Origin: an uncultured Enterobacteriaceae bacterium
GTDB taxonomy: Bacteria > Pseudomonadota > Gammaproteobacteria > Burkholderiales > SG8-39
Length of the DNA: 64,000 bases
Assembly (NCBI GenBank): GCA_964461055.1
Contig: CAYWSG010000005.1
Span: 20,206 to 84,205 of the forward strand
Reading direction: 5' to 3'
The position numbers and the translations under genes are program-made. Every line of letters begins with the position of its first letter. Positions within the stretch are counted from its first letter, which is position 1. Below the pieces are notes generated by a model. It saw only the letters and a list, made by a program, of their open reading frames with translations, was not told where the DNA came from and searched no databases. Of this stretch, positions 19,388 to 30,573 are shown piece by piece.

Positions 19388-21346
19388 CTACGCGGCCTTC
19401 TTCGCCGCCGCGGCTGCGAACGTCTTCGCGTCGCGGATTTTCAGGTCGGCCGAGAAGGTCCCGGTGCGCCCGTCCTCGTAGCGCACCTGCGCCTGTACGT
19501 GAACCGAATCGCGCCCCGCATAGAGCGCCTCCACGAGCGATCCGTACTTCTCGCCGATGAACCCGCGCCGCACCTTCCTCGTGCGGGTGAGCTCGCCGTC
19601 GTCGGCGTCGAGCTCCTTGTGCAGGATGAGGAACCGGTGGATCTGCGAGTTGGCGAGCTCCGGGTCCTGCGCCAGATCGGCGTTGACGCGCTCCACGCAC
19701 TCGCGCACGAGCTCGTAGACCTCCGGCTTGGAGGCGAGGTCGGTGTAGCCGGAGTAGGGCAGGTTGCGCCGCTCGGCCCAGTTCCCCACCGCCTCGGGGT
19801 CGATGTTGATGAAGGCGCAGACACGGTCGCGGCCGTGCCCGAAGCAGACCGCCTCGCGCACGAACGGAAAGAACTTCAGCTTGTTCTCGAGGTACTTCGG
19901 CGCGAAGAGCGTGCCGTCGGAGAGGCTGCCGACATCCTTCACGCGGTCGATGATCTTCACGTGGCCGTCCTGGTCGAAGTAGCCGGCGTCGCCCGTGTGG
20001 TACCAGCGCTCGGCGTCCAGCGCCTCGAGGGTGGCCTCCGGGTTCTTGTAGTACTCCTTGAAAAGCCCGGGGCTGCGGATGAGGAGCTCGCGCTGCGGCG
20101 TGAACTTGAGCTCGACCCCCGGCACCGCGGGCCCGACCGTGTCGGGCCGCACCTGGCCGTCGGGCTGCACGCAGACGAAGACCGCGGTCTCCGTCGAGCC
20201 GTAAAGCTGCTTCAGGTTGATGCCGATCGAGCGGTAGAACTTGAAGAGATCCGGGCCGATCGCCTCGCCCGCCGTGTAGCCCACCTTGATGCGGCTCATT
20301 CCGAGGACGTTGCGCAGCGGCCCGTAGATGAGCAGGTCGCCCAGGCCATAGAGGAGCCGGTCGAACAGGGAAACCTTCTTTCCGTCCAGGATGGCCCCGC
20401 CCACCCGCTCCGCCACGCGCATGAAATAGGCGTAGAGCCAGCGCTTGAAGCGGGAGGCGTCCTCCATGCGGATCGACACCTGCGTAAGCAGGTTCTCCAG
20501 CACGCGGGGCGGCGCGAAGTAGTAGGTCGGCCCGATCTCGCGCATGTCGGTCATGACCGTCTCGGACGATTCGGGACAGCAGATGCAGTAGCCGGCCACG
20601 AGGGCCTGCGCGCAGGAGAAGATGTTCTGCCCGATCCAGGCAGGCGGCAGGTAGGCGAGGATCACGTCGTCCTCGCCCAGCCGGTCGAGCTCCGCTGCGG
20701 TGCGCGAGGGACCGATCAGGCTCGCGTGCGTGTGCACCACGCCCTTGGGCGCGGCGGTCGTGCCCGAGGTGAAGAACATGGCCGCCGTGTCGCTTCCGGT
20801 TCCCTTTGCGATCTCGGTCTCGATAAAGCTCGGGTCGCGCCGGTAGCTCTGGCGGCCCTCTTCGATGACCTTGTCGTAGGCGAGGAGCTGCGGCTGCCTG
20901 TAATGGCGCAATCCCCGGGGATCGTCGTAGATGATGCGGGTAATGGTCGGGCACTGAGGCAGGATCTCCAGGAGCTTGTCCACCTGCTCCTGGTCCTCCG
21001 CGAACACGAAAGCCACGCCGGCGGCCTGGATGGGGAAGACCATCTCCGCGGCGACGGCATCCTGGTACAGCGGCACGGGGATGCCGCCGAGGCACTGGAC
21101 GGCCGCCATGGCGGCATAGAGGCGCGGCCGGTTGTCGCCCACGAGGGCGAAATGGTCCCCGCGCTTGAAGCCCATGGCCGCGAGGGCGCTCGCCAGCGCC
21201 CGGGTCTCCTCGGCGAACTCGTGCCAGGTCCACGTTTGCCAGATGCCGAGGTCCTTTTCCCGGATGGCCGGCCGGCTGCCCCGCACCCTGGCGTGGTGCA
21301 TCAGCAGTTTCGGAAACGTGTCCAGCGCCCCGATGTCCTCACTCAT
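19388..21346 (-). CDS. Long-chain acyl-CoA synthetase (AMP-binding)
   Basis: FTSGTTAAPKGV, YGSTE, WYHTGDAG, IIDRVKD, ELTRTRKVRR. GAGGAGG SD. Confidence 0.92.
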   Translation of the reverse strand: MSEDIGALDTFPKLLMHHARVRGSRPAIREKDLGIWQTWTWHEFAEETRALASALAAMGFKRGDHFALVGDNRPRLYAAMAAVQCLGGIPVPLYQDAVAAEMVFPIQAAGVAFVFAEDQEQVDKLLEILPQCPTITRIIYDDPRGLRHYRQPQLLAYDKVIEEGRQSYRRDPSFIETEIAKGTGSDTAAMFFTSGTTAAPKGVVHTHASLIGPSRTAAELDRLGEDDVILAYLPPAWIGQNIFSCAQALVAGYCICCPESSETVMTDMREIGPTYYFAPPRVLENLLTQVSIRMEDASRFKRWLYAYFMRVAERVGGAILDGKKVSLFDRLLYGLGDLLIYGPLRNVLGMSRIKVGYTAGEAIGPDLFKFYRSIGINLKQLYGSTETAVFVCVQPDGQVRPDTVGPAVPGVELKFTPQRELLIRSPGLFKEYYKNPEATLEALDAERWYHTGDAGYFDQDGHVKIIDRVKDVGSLSDGTLFAPKYLENKLKFFPFVREAVCFGHGRDRVCAFINIDPEAVGNWAERRNLPYSGYTDLASKPEVYELVRECVERVNADLAQDPELANSQIHRFLILHKELDADDGELTRTRKVRRGFIGEKYGSLVEALYAGRDSVHVQAQVRYEDGRTGTFSADLKIRDAKTFAAAAAKKAA

Positions 21347-21459
21347 CGAGCCTCCTCCTCAGGTGGCTTTGCCGGCAGGCGAACCCATTCTTGCACAAAT
21401 TCGCGGGGTTGCCCGCGACCGTGCCGCCCGGGAGTGTAGGCACGCGGATGGTCAGCGGG

Positions 21460-21477
21460 TTGTCAAATGGATGACAA
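21460..21477. promoter_or_regulatory. Crp/Fnr-type palindromic operator TTGTCA-N6-TGACAA
   Basis: Perfect 6-bp inverted arms with CRP-like spacing, in the divergent region next to the Crp-family gene. Confidence 0.6.
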
Positions 21478-21484
21478 TCGCGGC

Positions 21485-22159
21485 ATGGCTTCACTGGAGG
21501 AGCTCCTCGACGCGTCGCTCTGGACCCGGGACCTCGATCCCGAGACGCGCGCATGGATTAGCGGCGAGCTGATCGAGCGCCGCGTTCCGGCCGGCGGCTA
21601 CGTCTGCCGCAAGGGGGAGCCGGTCGAGTACTGGATCGGCGTCATCGACGGACTGCTCAAGCTTTCGAACGTCGCGCCCTCGGGCAAGACGGCCACTCTG
21701 ACCGGCGTGCCGGCGCTCGGCTGGTTCGGGGAGGGCTCGCTCCTGAAAGACGAGCCCCGCCGCTACGATGCGGTCGCGCTGCGGGAGAGCCGCGTCGCCC
21801 TCATGCCGCGCGCGGCCTTTCACCGCCTGCTCGATACGTCGATCCCCTTCAACCGCTTCATGCTCACGCAGCTGAACGAGCGGCTCGGCCTTTTCATCTC
21901 GATGCTGGAGCACGAGCGCCTGCTCGAGACCGACGCGCGCGTCGCCCGCTGCCTCGCCTCCCTCTTCAATCCGATCCTCTACCCGGGGGGCGGGCAACGC
22001 ATCGCGATCTCCCAGGAGGAGATCGGCTTTCTCTCCGGGGTCTCCAGGCAGCGCGTCAACCAGGCGCTGCAGGTGCTCGAGAAAGAGGGGCTCGTCGCCG
22101 TGGAATACGGCGGGCTCACCATCCTCGACCTGGAGGGGCTGCGGACCTTCGGCAGCTAG
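21485..22159 (+). CDS. Crp/Fnr-family transcriptional regulator
   Basis: cNMP-binding fold (WFGEGSLLKDEPRRYD) and HTH ISQEEIGFLSGVSRQRVNQAL. In-frame ATGs at 21467 and 21485; the second was chosen because the first lies inside the operator. Confidence 0.9.
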   Translation: MASLEELLDASLWTRDLDPETRAWISGELIERRVPAGGYVCRKGEPVEYWIGVIDGLLKLSNVAPSGKTATLTGVPALGWFGEGSLLKDEPRRYDAVALRESRVALMPRAAFHRLLDTSIPFNRFMLTQLNERLGLFISMLEHERLLETDARVARCLASLFNPILYPGGGQRIAISQEEIGFLSGVSRQRVNQALQVLEKEGLVAVEYGGLTILDLEGLRTFGS

Positions 22160-22163
22160 GATC

Positions 22164-25100
22164 CTAGAGGTTGCGGCGGTACTGCCCGCCCACCTCGAAG
22201 AGGGCGTGGGTGATCTGGCCGAGCGAGCAGACGCGAACGGCGTCCATGAGCACGGCGAAGACGTTCTCGTTGCGCATCACGGCCTGACGCAGCCGCTCGA
22301 GCATGGGGCCGCTCGCGTCGCGGTTTCGCGCCTGGAACTCGCGCAGCCGCTTGAGCTGGGAGCGCTTCTCCTCCTCGGTCGAGCGGATGAGCTCGAGCTT
22401 CTGCGGCGCCCCCTCGCCGCGGGGATTGCGGAACGTGTTCACCCCGACGATCGGATGCGAGCCATCGTGCTTGCGGTGCTCGTAGTAGAGCGACTCTTCC
22501 TGGATCTTGCCCCGCTGGTAGCCCGTTTCCATGGCGCCCAGCACGCCGCCGCGGCTGGAGATCGCGTCGAATTCCTTCAGCACCGCCTCCTCCACGAGGT
22601 CGGTCAGCTCCTCGATGATGAACGAGCCCTGGTTCGGGTTCTCGTTCTTCGCCACGCCCCACTCCTTGTTGATGATCATCTGGATGGCCATGGCGCGACG
22701 CACCGAGTCTTCGGTCGGCGTGGTGATCGCCTCGTCGTAGGCGTTGGTGTGGAGCGAGTTCGTGTGGTCGTACGTGGAGATGAGCGCCTGCAGCGTCGTG
22801 CGGATGTCGTTGAAGGCGATCTCCTGGGCGTGCAGCGAGCGCCCGGAGGTCTGCGAGTGGAACTTCAGCTTCTGGCTGCGCTCGTTCGCGCCGTAGCGGT
22901 GCTTCATCGCCACGGCCCAGATGCGCCGCGCGACCCGGCCGAGCACCGCGTACTCGGGGTCCATGCCGTAGGAGAAGAAGAACGAGAGGTTCGGCGCGAA
23001 CTCGTCGATCTTCATGCCGCGCGCGAGGTAGGCCTCGACGAACGTGAAACCGTTGGCGAGCGTGAAGGCGAGCTGCGAGATGGGGTTCGCCCCTGCCTCG
23101 GCGATGTGGTAGCCCGAGATCGACACCGAGTAGAAGTTGCGGACCTGGTTCTCGATGAACCAGGCCTGGATGTCGCCCATGACCTTGAGCGAGAACTCCG
23201 TCGAGAAGATGCAGGTGTTCTGGCCCTGGTCCTCCTTGAGGATGTCGGCCTGCACGGTTCCCCGGACGGCCGAGACGGTTCTTCTCCGGATCTCCTCCAT
23301 CTCGTCCTTCGTCGGAGGACGGGAATGCCGCTGGGCGAATGCGTCGAGCTGCTGGTCGATGGCGGTGTTGAAGAACATCGCCAGGAGCGTGGGCGCAGGC
23401 CCGTTGATCGTCATGGACACGGAGGTCTGCGGGTCGCACAGGTCGAAGCCCGCGTAGAGCGCCTTCATGTCGTCGAGGGTCGCGATCGAGACGCCCGAGT
23501 TGCCCACCTTGCCGTAGATGTCGGGACGCTCGTCCGGATCGAAGCCGTAGAGGGTCACCGAGTCGAACGCGGTCGAGAGCCGCTTCGCCGGCATGTCCTT
23601 CGAGAGGAGATGGAAGCGCCGGTTGGTGCGGAAGGGATCGCCCTCGCCGGCGAACATCCGCGTCGGATCCTCGTTCTCGCGCTTGAAATGGAAGACGCCC
23701 GCCGTGAAGGGGAACTCGCCGGGCAGGTTCTCGCGCATGCGCCAGCGCAGGAGCTCGCCGTGGTCCTCGAAGCGGGGCAGCGCCACTTTCGGCACCTTGG
23801 TGCCCGAAAGCGACGTATGGTTGAGCGTCGTGCGGATCTCGCGGTCCCGCACCCGCACGACCTGCTCGTCGCCGGAGTACGCCCGCACCGTGTCGGGCCA
23901 GCGCTCGATGAGCCTCGCCGCGTCGTCATCCAGGCGCCGTGCCGCAATCAGCTCGTCGATTTCCGGGAGCCGCCGGCCGAGCATGCGCTGCGTCGCCTCG
24001 AGCTGCTGGCGCTCGCGAGCCGTGCGCGCCTGCGCTTCGGCACGACGATGATAGCCGCGCACGGTCTCGGCAATTTCGGCCAGGTAGCGCTGCCGCTCGG
24101 TCGGGATGACGACGTTGATGCCCGAAGACACCTTGGTCGCCGGCCGTGGAAGCCGGCCTCGCCTGAGGCGCAGGCCCTTCTCGCTCAGCCTCTCGGCGAG
24201 CGCGTGGTAGAGCGCGGTGACGCCGTCGTCGTTGAAGCGGGCGGCGATGGTGCCGAAGACCGGCATGTCCTCGGGCGCGGCGCGGAAGGCTTCGGTGTTG
24301 CGCTGGACCTGCTTGCGCACGTCGCGCAGCGCATCCTGCGCGCCCTTGCGATCGAACTTGTTGATCGCGACGAGGTCGGCGAAGTCCAGCATGTCGATTT
24401 TCTCGAGCTGGCTCGCGGCGCCGAACTCGGGCGTCATGACGTAGAGCGAAACGTCCACGAAGGGCACGATGGCCGCGTCGCCCTGGCCGATGCCCGCCGT
24501 CTCGACGATGACGAGGTCGAAGCCGTGCGCCTTGCAGGCGGCGATGGCATCGCCGAGCGCTGCCGAGATCTCGCTGCCCGCCGAGCGCGTGGCGAGCGAG
24601 CGCATGAAGACGTTCGGGCCCTGGATCGAGTTCATTCGGATGCGGTCGCCGAGGAGCGCCCCGCCGGTCTTGCGCCGGGTCGGATCGACCGAGAGCACCG
24701 CGATCTTCAGCTCCTCGCCCTGATCCAGGCGGAAGCGGCGCACGAGCTCGTCGGTGAGCGAGCTCTTGCCGGCTCCGCCGGTGCCGGTGATTCCGAGAAC
24801 CGGCGCGGAGCTCAGCTTCGCCTTCTGCAGGAGGGCTTCCCTGGAGGAAGGATCGAGGGCCTCGAGCTCCAGCGCCGTGATGGTCTGGGCCAGCGTCTTC
24901 GGCGGCTTCTGCACGGGGTCGAAGTCGCAGCGCGCCAGCATGTCGTTGATCATGCCCTGCAGGCCCATGCGGTGGCCGTCCTCGGGCGAGTAGATGCGCG
25001 CCACGCCGTAGTCCTGCAGCGCCTTGATCTCCTCGGGGACGATCACGCCGCCGCCGCCGCCGAAGACGCGCACCTGGGGGCCGCCACGCTCCTTGAGGAG

Positions 25101-25370
25101 GTCCACCATGTAGCGGAAGAACTCGATGTGCCCGCCCTGGTAGGAGGACACGGCGATGCCCTGCACGTCCTCCTGCAGCGCGGCGGTGACGATCTCGTCG
25201 ACCGAGCGGTTGTGCCCGAGGTGCACGACCTCGGCCCCCGAGGCCTGCAGGATCCGGCGGATGATGTTGATCGAGGCGTCGTGGCCGTCGAAGAGGCTCG
25301 CCGCGGTGACGAAGCGGATCTTGTGCCTTGCCTTGTAGACGAGCTTCGCCGAGTCGGAGAGGTCGGTCAT
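22164..25370 (-). CDS. icmF: Fused isobutyryl-CoA mutase / MeaB-type GTPase (B12-dependent)
   Basis: N-terminal B12 domain [18 protein letters not shown] and DRIRMN GTPase motifs, mutase domain TRMFAGEG (Phe at the specificity position), [22 protein letters not shown]. Confidence 0.95.
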   Translation of the reverse strand: MTDLSDSAKLVYKARHKIRFVTAASLFDGHDASINIIRRILQASGAEVVHLGHNRSVDEIVTAALQEDVQGIAVSSYQGGHIEFFRYMVDLLKERGGPQVRVFGGGGGVIVPEEIKALQDYGVARIYSPEDGHRMGLQGMINDMLARCDFDPVQKPPKTLAQTITALELEALDPSSREALLQKAKLSSAPVLGITGTGGAGKSSLTDELVRRFRLDQGEELKIAVLSVDPTRRKTGGALLGDRIRMNSIQGPNVFMRSLATRSAGSEISAALGDAIAACKAHGFDLVIVETAGIGQGDAAIVPFVDVSLYVMTPEFGAASQLEKIDMLDFADLVAINKFDRKGAQDALRDVRKQVQRNTEAFRAAPEDMPVFGTIAARFNDDGVTALYHALAERLSEKGLRLRRGRLPRPATKVSSGINVVIPTERQRYLAEIAETVRGYHRRAEAQARTARERQQLEATQRMLGRRLPEIDELIAARRLDDDAARLIERWPDTVRAYSGDEQVVRVRDREIRTTLNHTSLSGTKVPKVALPRFEDHGELLRWRMRENLPGEFPFTAGVFHFKRENEDPTRMFAGEGDPFRTNRRFHLLSKDMPAKRLSTAFDSVTLYGFDPDERPDIYGKVGNSGVSIATLDDMKALYAGFDLCDPQTSVSMTINGPAPTLLAMFFNTAIDQQLDAFAQRHSRPPTKDEMEEIRRRTVSAVRGTVQADILKEDQGQNTCIFSTEFSLKVMGDIQAWFIENQVRNFYSVSISGYHIAEAGANPISQLAFTLANGFTFVEAYLARGMKIDEFAPNLSFFFSYGMDPEYAVLGRVARRIWAVAMKHRYGANERSQKLKFHSQTSGRSLHAQEIAFNDIRTTLQALISTYDHTNSLHTNAYDEAITTPTEDSVRRAMAIQMIINKEWGVAKNENPNQGSFIIEELTDLVEEAVLKEFDAISSRGGVLGAMETGYQRGKIQEESLYYEHRKHDGSHPIVGVNTFRNPRGEGAPQKLELIRSTEEEKRSQLKRLREFQARNRDASGPMLERLRQAVMRNENVFAVLMDAVRVCSLGQITHALFEVGGQYRRNL

Positions 25371-25380
25371 GGGCGCCTCG

Positions 25381-25409
25381 AGCCTAGTTAACGTTTACGT
25401 CAACGTCAA
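25381..25409 (-). promoter_or_regulatory. Second LiuR-type operator/promoter, for icmF (TTGACG-N17-TAGGCT)
   Basis: Minus strand reads TTGACGTTGACGTAAACGTTAAC-TAGGCT, differing at 2 of 22 positions from the 2833-2854 palindrome. It overlaps the aldolase stop codon. Confidence 0.82.
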
Positions 25410-26179
25410 TCTCGATACGACGGGTCCCGGGCGTCGACGAGCCGCACCATGGCGGCGAAGACGTCCTCGCAGGTGCGCTTCTCGCCGGGGCCCGACTCGC
25501 GCACGGCCTGCGGGAAGACCTCCGGCCGGATCGGGTGGATGGCGCCGGCCGCGCTCGCCGCGATCTGCACGTCGCAGGCCCGCTGCAGCGTCCAGAGCAT
25601 GAGGAACGCCTCGGGGACGCTCGGCCCCCAGGCGAGCAGGCCGTGGTTGCGCAGGATCACGGCGGGCTTGTCGCCGATGTCGCGCACCAGGCGCTCGCGC
25701 TCGCCCGTCTCGACGGTGATGCCCTCGAACTCGTGGTACGCCACCTTCCCGTGCAGCATCGCGCTGTAGAAGTTGTCGGGCGAAAGGCCCGACTTCAGGC
25801 ATGCGACCGCGATGCCGGTGGTGGTGTGCGTGTGCATCACGCAGTGCGCGTTGGGAATCGACGTATGGATGGCCGAATGGATCACGAAGCCGGCGCGATT
25901 CACCGGCCAGCGGCTCTCGCGCAGCGCGTTGCCCTCGGCGTCGATCAGCACGAGGCTCGAGGCGGTCACTTCGCGGTAATGCAGGCCGAACGGATTGATG
26001 AGGAAGCGGACCTCGGGCCCGGGCACGCGGACGGTGATGTGGTTGAAGATCATCTCCGTCCAGCCCAGCATGTCGAAGACGCGATAGCAGGCGGCAAGCT
26101 CGACGCGCGCCTTGCGCTCCGCCTCGGTCATCGGAAGGTCCTTCACTGCACGGACGGCGTTGTCCAGGTAGATGGTCAT
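25406..26179 (-). CDS. Class II aldolase/adducin family protein
   Basis: IFNHITVRVPG, NPFGLHYREVTASSL, GFVIHSAIH, VMHTHT, ILRNHGLL. Confidence 0.9.
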   Translation of the reverse strand: MTIYLDNAVRAVKDLPMTEAERKARVELAACYRVFDMLGWTEMIFNHITVRVPGPEVRFLINPFGLHYREVTASSLVLIDAEGNALRESRWPVNRAGFVIHSAIHTSIPNAHCVMHTHTTTGIAVACLKSGLSPDNFYSAMLHGKVAYHEFEGITVETGERERLVRDIGDKPAVILRNHGLLAWGPSVPEAFLMLWTLQRACDVQIAASAAGAIHPIRPEVFPQAVRESGPGEKRTCEDVFAAMVRLVDARDPSYRD

Positions 26180-26206
26180 CGCATTGCCCCTCTCTCAGGT
26201 CCGAGT

Positions 26207-27769
26207 TTAGCCGGGAAACCGGCGCTTCAAGTCGCGCAGCACCTCTCGCGCGCAGTTGTGGCCGGGAGCGCCGGTCACGCCGCCCCCGGGGTGCGCGCCG
26301 GAGCCGCACAGGTAGACGCCCCTGACGGGCGCGCGATAGTCCGCATGGCCGAGGAGCGGCCGGGCCGACCAGAGCTGATCCAGCGAGAGGGCGCCGTGGA
26401 AGATGTCGCCGCCCACGAGACCGAACTCGCGCTCGAGGTCCGCGGGCGAGAGCGCGCTGTAGCCAAGCACGCTCTCCCGGAAGCCCGGCGCGTGCGACTC
26501 GATCACCCCGAAGATGCGCTCGATGGCTTCGGGCTTGCGCGCATCCCAGTCCGCCTGCGGATCGAAGTGCTGGCAGAAGAGGCTCGCGACGTGAGCGCCC
26601 TTGGGCGCGAGCGTGTCGTCCAGCAGGCTGGAGATCACCATCTCGACGATCGGCCGGCGCGAGAGGCCTTCCTTGCGCGCATCGGCGTACGCGGCCTCCA
26701 TGTAACCGAGGGACGGCGCCATGATGATGCCCGAGGCATGGTGCGGCCCCTCTTCCGGCAGGCACGAAAAGCGGGGCAGCCGCGAGAGCGCGACATTCAT
26801 CCGGAAGGTCCCGGAGGCGCACTTGTACGTGCGCATGCGAGCGACGAACTCCGGCGGCAGGCTCTTCTCGTCCATCAGCTGCAGATAGAGCAACTTGGGG
26901 TTCACGTTGGCGACGACGGTGCGGGCGGCAATGGCGGTGCCATCCGCGAGCGTCACGCCGTCGCCGCGCACGCGTGCAACCGGCGCCTCGCAGCGGATCT
27001 CGACGCCGAGGCGCCGCGCTTCCTTCGAGAGCGCCTGCGTGATGGCGCCCATCCCGCCGATCGCATGTCCCCACAGGCCGCGCTTCCCGTTCACTTCGCC
27101 GAAGACATGGTGCAGGAGCACGTAGGCCGTTCCCGGGTGGTAGGGGCTCGCGTAGTTTCCGACCACGGCGTCGAAGCCGAACGCCGCCTTGATCGGCGCC
27201 GACTCGAACCAGGCGTCGAGGATTTCCCCCGCCGGGCGGGTGAAGAACGCGAGCAGGTCGCGTCGCCCTTCCATGTCGAGCCGCTTCGCAAGCTTCCCCG
27301 CGCGCCAGGCGCGCGCGAGGTCGAGCAAGCCGCCACCCACGTTCGGCGGACATTCGAGGATGAGCGAGCGCAGCACTTCGGCCATGCGCTCGATGCTCGC
27401 GTAGTACGCGGGGAGGCGCTCGGCGTCACGCGCCGAGAACCTGGCGACCTCGGCCTGCGTGGCGGCGAGCCCGCCGCCCACCTTGAGATAGCCGCCCTCC
27501 AGCGGAAGGAAGTTGGCGAGCGGCCGCTCCACGATGCGCAGCCCGTGCTCGGCGAGGCGCAGGTCGCGGATCACCTTGGGCTGCAGCAGGCTCACCGTAT
27601 ACGCGGCCACCGAGTTGCGAAAGCCCGGGTAGAACTCTTCGGTCGCCGCGGCGCCGCCGACCGTGCCGCGCCGCTCGAGGACGAGCACGCGCAGGCCTGC
27701 TCTTGCGAGGTAGCAGGCGCAGACGAGGCCGTTGTGGCCGGCGCCTACCACGACGGCATCGGGCTTCAT
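26207..27769 (-). CDS. Phytoene dehydrogenase-like (PYROXD2-type) FAD-dependent oxidoreductase
   Basis: VVGAGHNGLVCACYLARAG, EEFYPGFRNSVAAY, GGDIFHG, CGSGAHPGGGVTGAPG. Start taken at ATG 27769. Confidence 0.88.
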   Translation of the reverse strand: MKPDAVVVGAGHNGLVCACYLARAGLRVLVLERRGTVGGAAATEEFYPGFRNSVAAYTVSLLQPKVIRDLRLAEHGLRIVERPLANFLPLEGGYLKVGGGLAATQAEVARFSARDAERLPAYYASIERMAEVLRSLILECPPNVGGGLLDLARAWRAGKLAKRLDMEGRRDLLAFFTRPAGEILDAWFESAPIKAAFGFDAVVGNYASPYHPGTAYVLLHHVFGEVNGKRGLWGHAIGGMGAITQALSKEARRLGVEIRCEAPVARVRGDGVTLADGTAIAARTVVANVNPKLLYLQLMDEKSLPPEFVARMRTYKCASGTFRMNVALSRLPRFSCLPEEGPHHASGIIMAPSLGYMEAAYADARKEGLSRRPIVEMVISSLLDDTLAPKGAHVASLFCQHFDPQADWDARKPEAIERIFGVIESHAPGFRESVLGYSALSPADLEREFGLVGGDIFHGALSLDQLWSARPLLGHADYRAPVRGVYLCGSGAHPGGGVTGAPGHNCAREVLRDLKRRFPG

Positions 27770-27783
27770 GACCGTTCGACCGC

Positions 27784-28787
<1,004 letters not shown>

Positions 28788-28788
<1 letters not shown>

Positions 28789-29636
28789 TATTTTTCGGTT
28801 TCCACGAGTCCGCGAACGAACCACTTCTGCATGACGAGCACCACGATCGCCGGCGGCAGCATGGCAAGCATGGCGGTGGCCATGATCAGGTTCCACTCGT
28901 TGGTCGCGTCGCTGCCCACGATCATGCGCTTGATGCCGATCACGGTCGTGTACATCGACTCGTCGGTGGTGATGAGAAGCGGCCAAAGATACTGGTTCCA
29001 GCCGTAGATGAACTGGATCACGAAGAGCGCCGCGATGCTCGTCTTCGAGAGCGGCAGCAGCACGTCGACGAAGAAGCGCAGGGGGCCGGCGCCGTCGATG
29101 CGGGCGGCCTCGGCAAGCTCGTCCGGCACCGTGAGGAAGAACTGGCGGAAGAGGAACGTGGCGGTCGCCGACGCGATGAGCGGCAATGTCAGGCCGACGT
29201 AGGAATTCAGCATCCGCAGGTCGGACACGACCTCGAAGGTGGGGATGATCCGCACCTCGACGGGCAGCATCAGCGTGATGAAGATCAGCCAGAAGAAGGT
29301 CATCCGCAGCGGAAAGCGGAAGTACACGATGGCGAACGCCGAGATGATCGAGATGGCGATCTTGCCGAGCGCGATGCCGAGCGCCATGACCGTGCTGTTC
29401 ACGAGCATCGTGCCCACCGCCGCGGTCGAGCCTTTCGTCGAGCCGGCGGTCAGCGCCTGCCGGTAGTTCTCGACGAGCTGGTCGCCCGGCAGGAGCGGCA
29501 TCGGCACTTCCAGGATGCGCTCGAGCGTATGGGTGGACGCCACGAACGTGACGTAGACGGGGAAGGCGATCACCAGCACGCCGAGGATCATGACGGCGTG
29601 CGAGAGGAAGGTGACGAAGGGCCGGTTCTCTACCAT
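28788..29636 (-). CDS. ugpE: sn-glycerol-3-phosphate ABC permease
   Basis: [59 protein letters not shown]. Confidence 0.93.
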
Positions 29637-29646
29637 GGCGTCATGG

Positions 29647-30531
29647 TCAGTACTGGACCTTGCGCTCGATGAACCGGAACTGCACGACGGTGAGCGCGAT
29701 GACGATCAGCATCAGGATCACCGACTGCGCCGAGGAGCCGCCGAGATCCGTGGCCTTCACGCCGTCGTGGTAGACCTTGTAGACGAGGATGTTCGTGTCC
29801 TGGCCCGGTCCGCCCTGCGTCGTCGCATCGATGATGCCGAAGGTGCCGAAGAAGGCGTAGACCACGTTGACCACGAGCAGGAAGAAGGTGGTGGGCGAAA
29901 GGAGCGGGAAGACGACCGTCCAGAAGCGCCGCAAAGGTCCCGCGCCGTCGATCGCGGCCGCTTCGATGAGCGAGCGCGGGATCGACTGCAGCCCCGCGAG
30001 GAAGAAGACGAAGTTGTAGCTGATCTGGTTCCACACCGCCGCCATGACGATGAGGAGCATCGCCTGGTCGCCATTGAGCAGCCAGTTCCAGTTGATGCCG
30101 AACCAGCCTCTCAGCGCGTAGGAGACGATGCCGATCGAGGGCGCGAACAGGAACGCGTAGAGCACGCCGGCGACGGCCGGCGCCACGGCATACGGCCAGA
30201 TGAGCAGCGTCCGGTAGGCGGTCGCGCCCCGGATGACGCGGTCGGCCATCACGGCGAGGAGCAGCGAGAGCGCGATGCCGAAGAAGGCGACGAGCAGGCT
30301 GAACACCGCGGTGACGCGGAAGGAATGAAGATAGCTCTCGTCCCTGAAAAGCGAGATGAAGTTCTGCAGCCCGACGAACTGGGTCTTCAGGCCGAAGGCG
30401 TCCTGCAGCTGGAACGAGAACCAGACCGCCTGCGTCGCCGGCCAGAAGAAGAAGACGAGCGTGACCGCGATCTGCGGCGCGACGAGCGCGTAGGGCAGCC
30501 AAGCCGACCTGAAGACGACCCGCTTTTCCAT
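29647..30531 (-). CDS. ugpA: sn-glycerol-3-phosphate ABC permease
   Basis: [59 protein letters not shown]. Confidence 0.93.
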   Translation of the reverse strand: MEKRVVFRSAWLPYALVAPQIAVTLVFFFWPATQAVWFSFQLQDAFGLKTQFVGLQNFISLFRDESYLHSFRVTAVFSLLVAFFGIALSLLLAVMADRVIRGATAYRTLLIWPYAVAPAVAGVLYAFLFAPSIGIVSYALRGWFGINWNWLLNGDQAMLLIVMAAVWNQISYNFVFFLAGLQSIPRSLIEAAAIDGAGPLRRFWTVVFPLLSPTTFFLLVVNVVYAFFGTFGIIDATTQGGPGQDTNILVYKVYHDGVKATDLGGSSAQSVILMLIVIALTVVQFRFIERKVQY

Positions 30532-30540
30532 TGAAGCACG

Positions 30541-30564
30541 CCGGGGGGCGGCGCCGCCCCCCGG
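30541..30564. repeat. Perfect 24-bp GC palindrome between ugpB and ugpA
   Basis: CCGGGGGGCGGCGCCGCCCCCCGG equals its own reverse complement. No U-tract. Confidence 0.8.
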
Positions 30565-30573
30565 TCCCTGAAG

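Noticed and set aside
22156-22167. Palindrome CTAGGATCCTAG
   Set aside because: Explained by two convergent TAG stop codons 4 bp apart; no evidence of a separate function.
25371-25410. Cobalamin riboswitch ahead of icmF
   Set aside because: No room: the promoter lies about 10 nt from the ATG and the aldolase gene ends within it.
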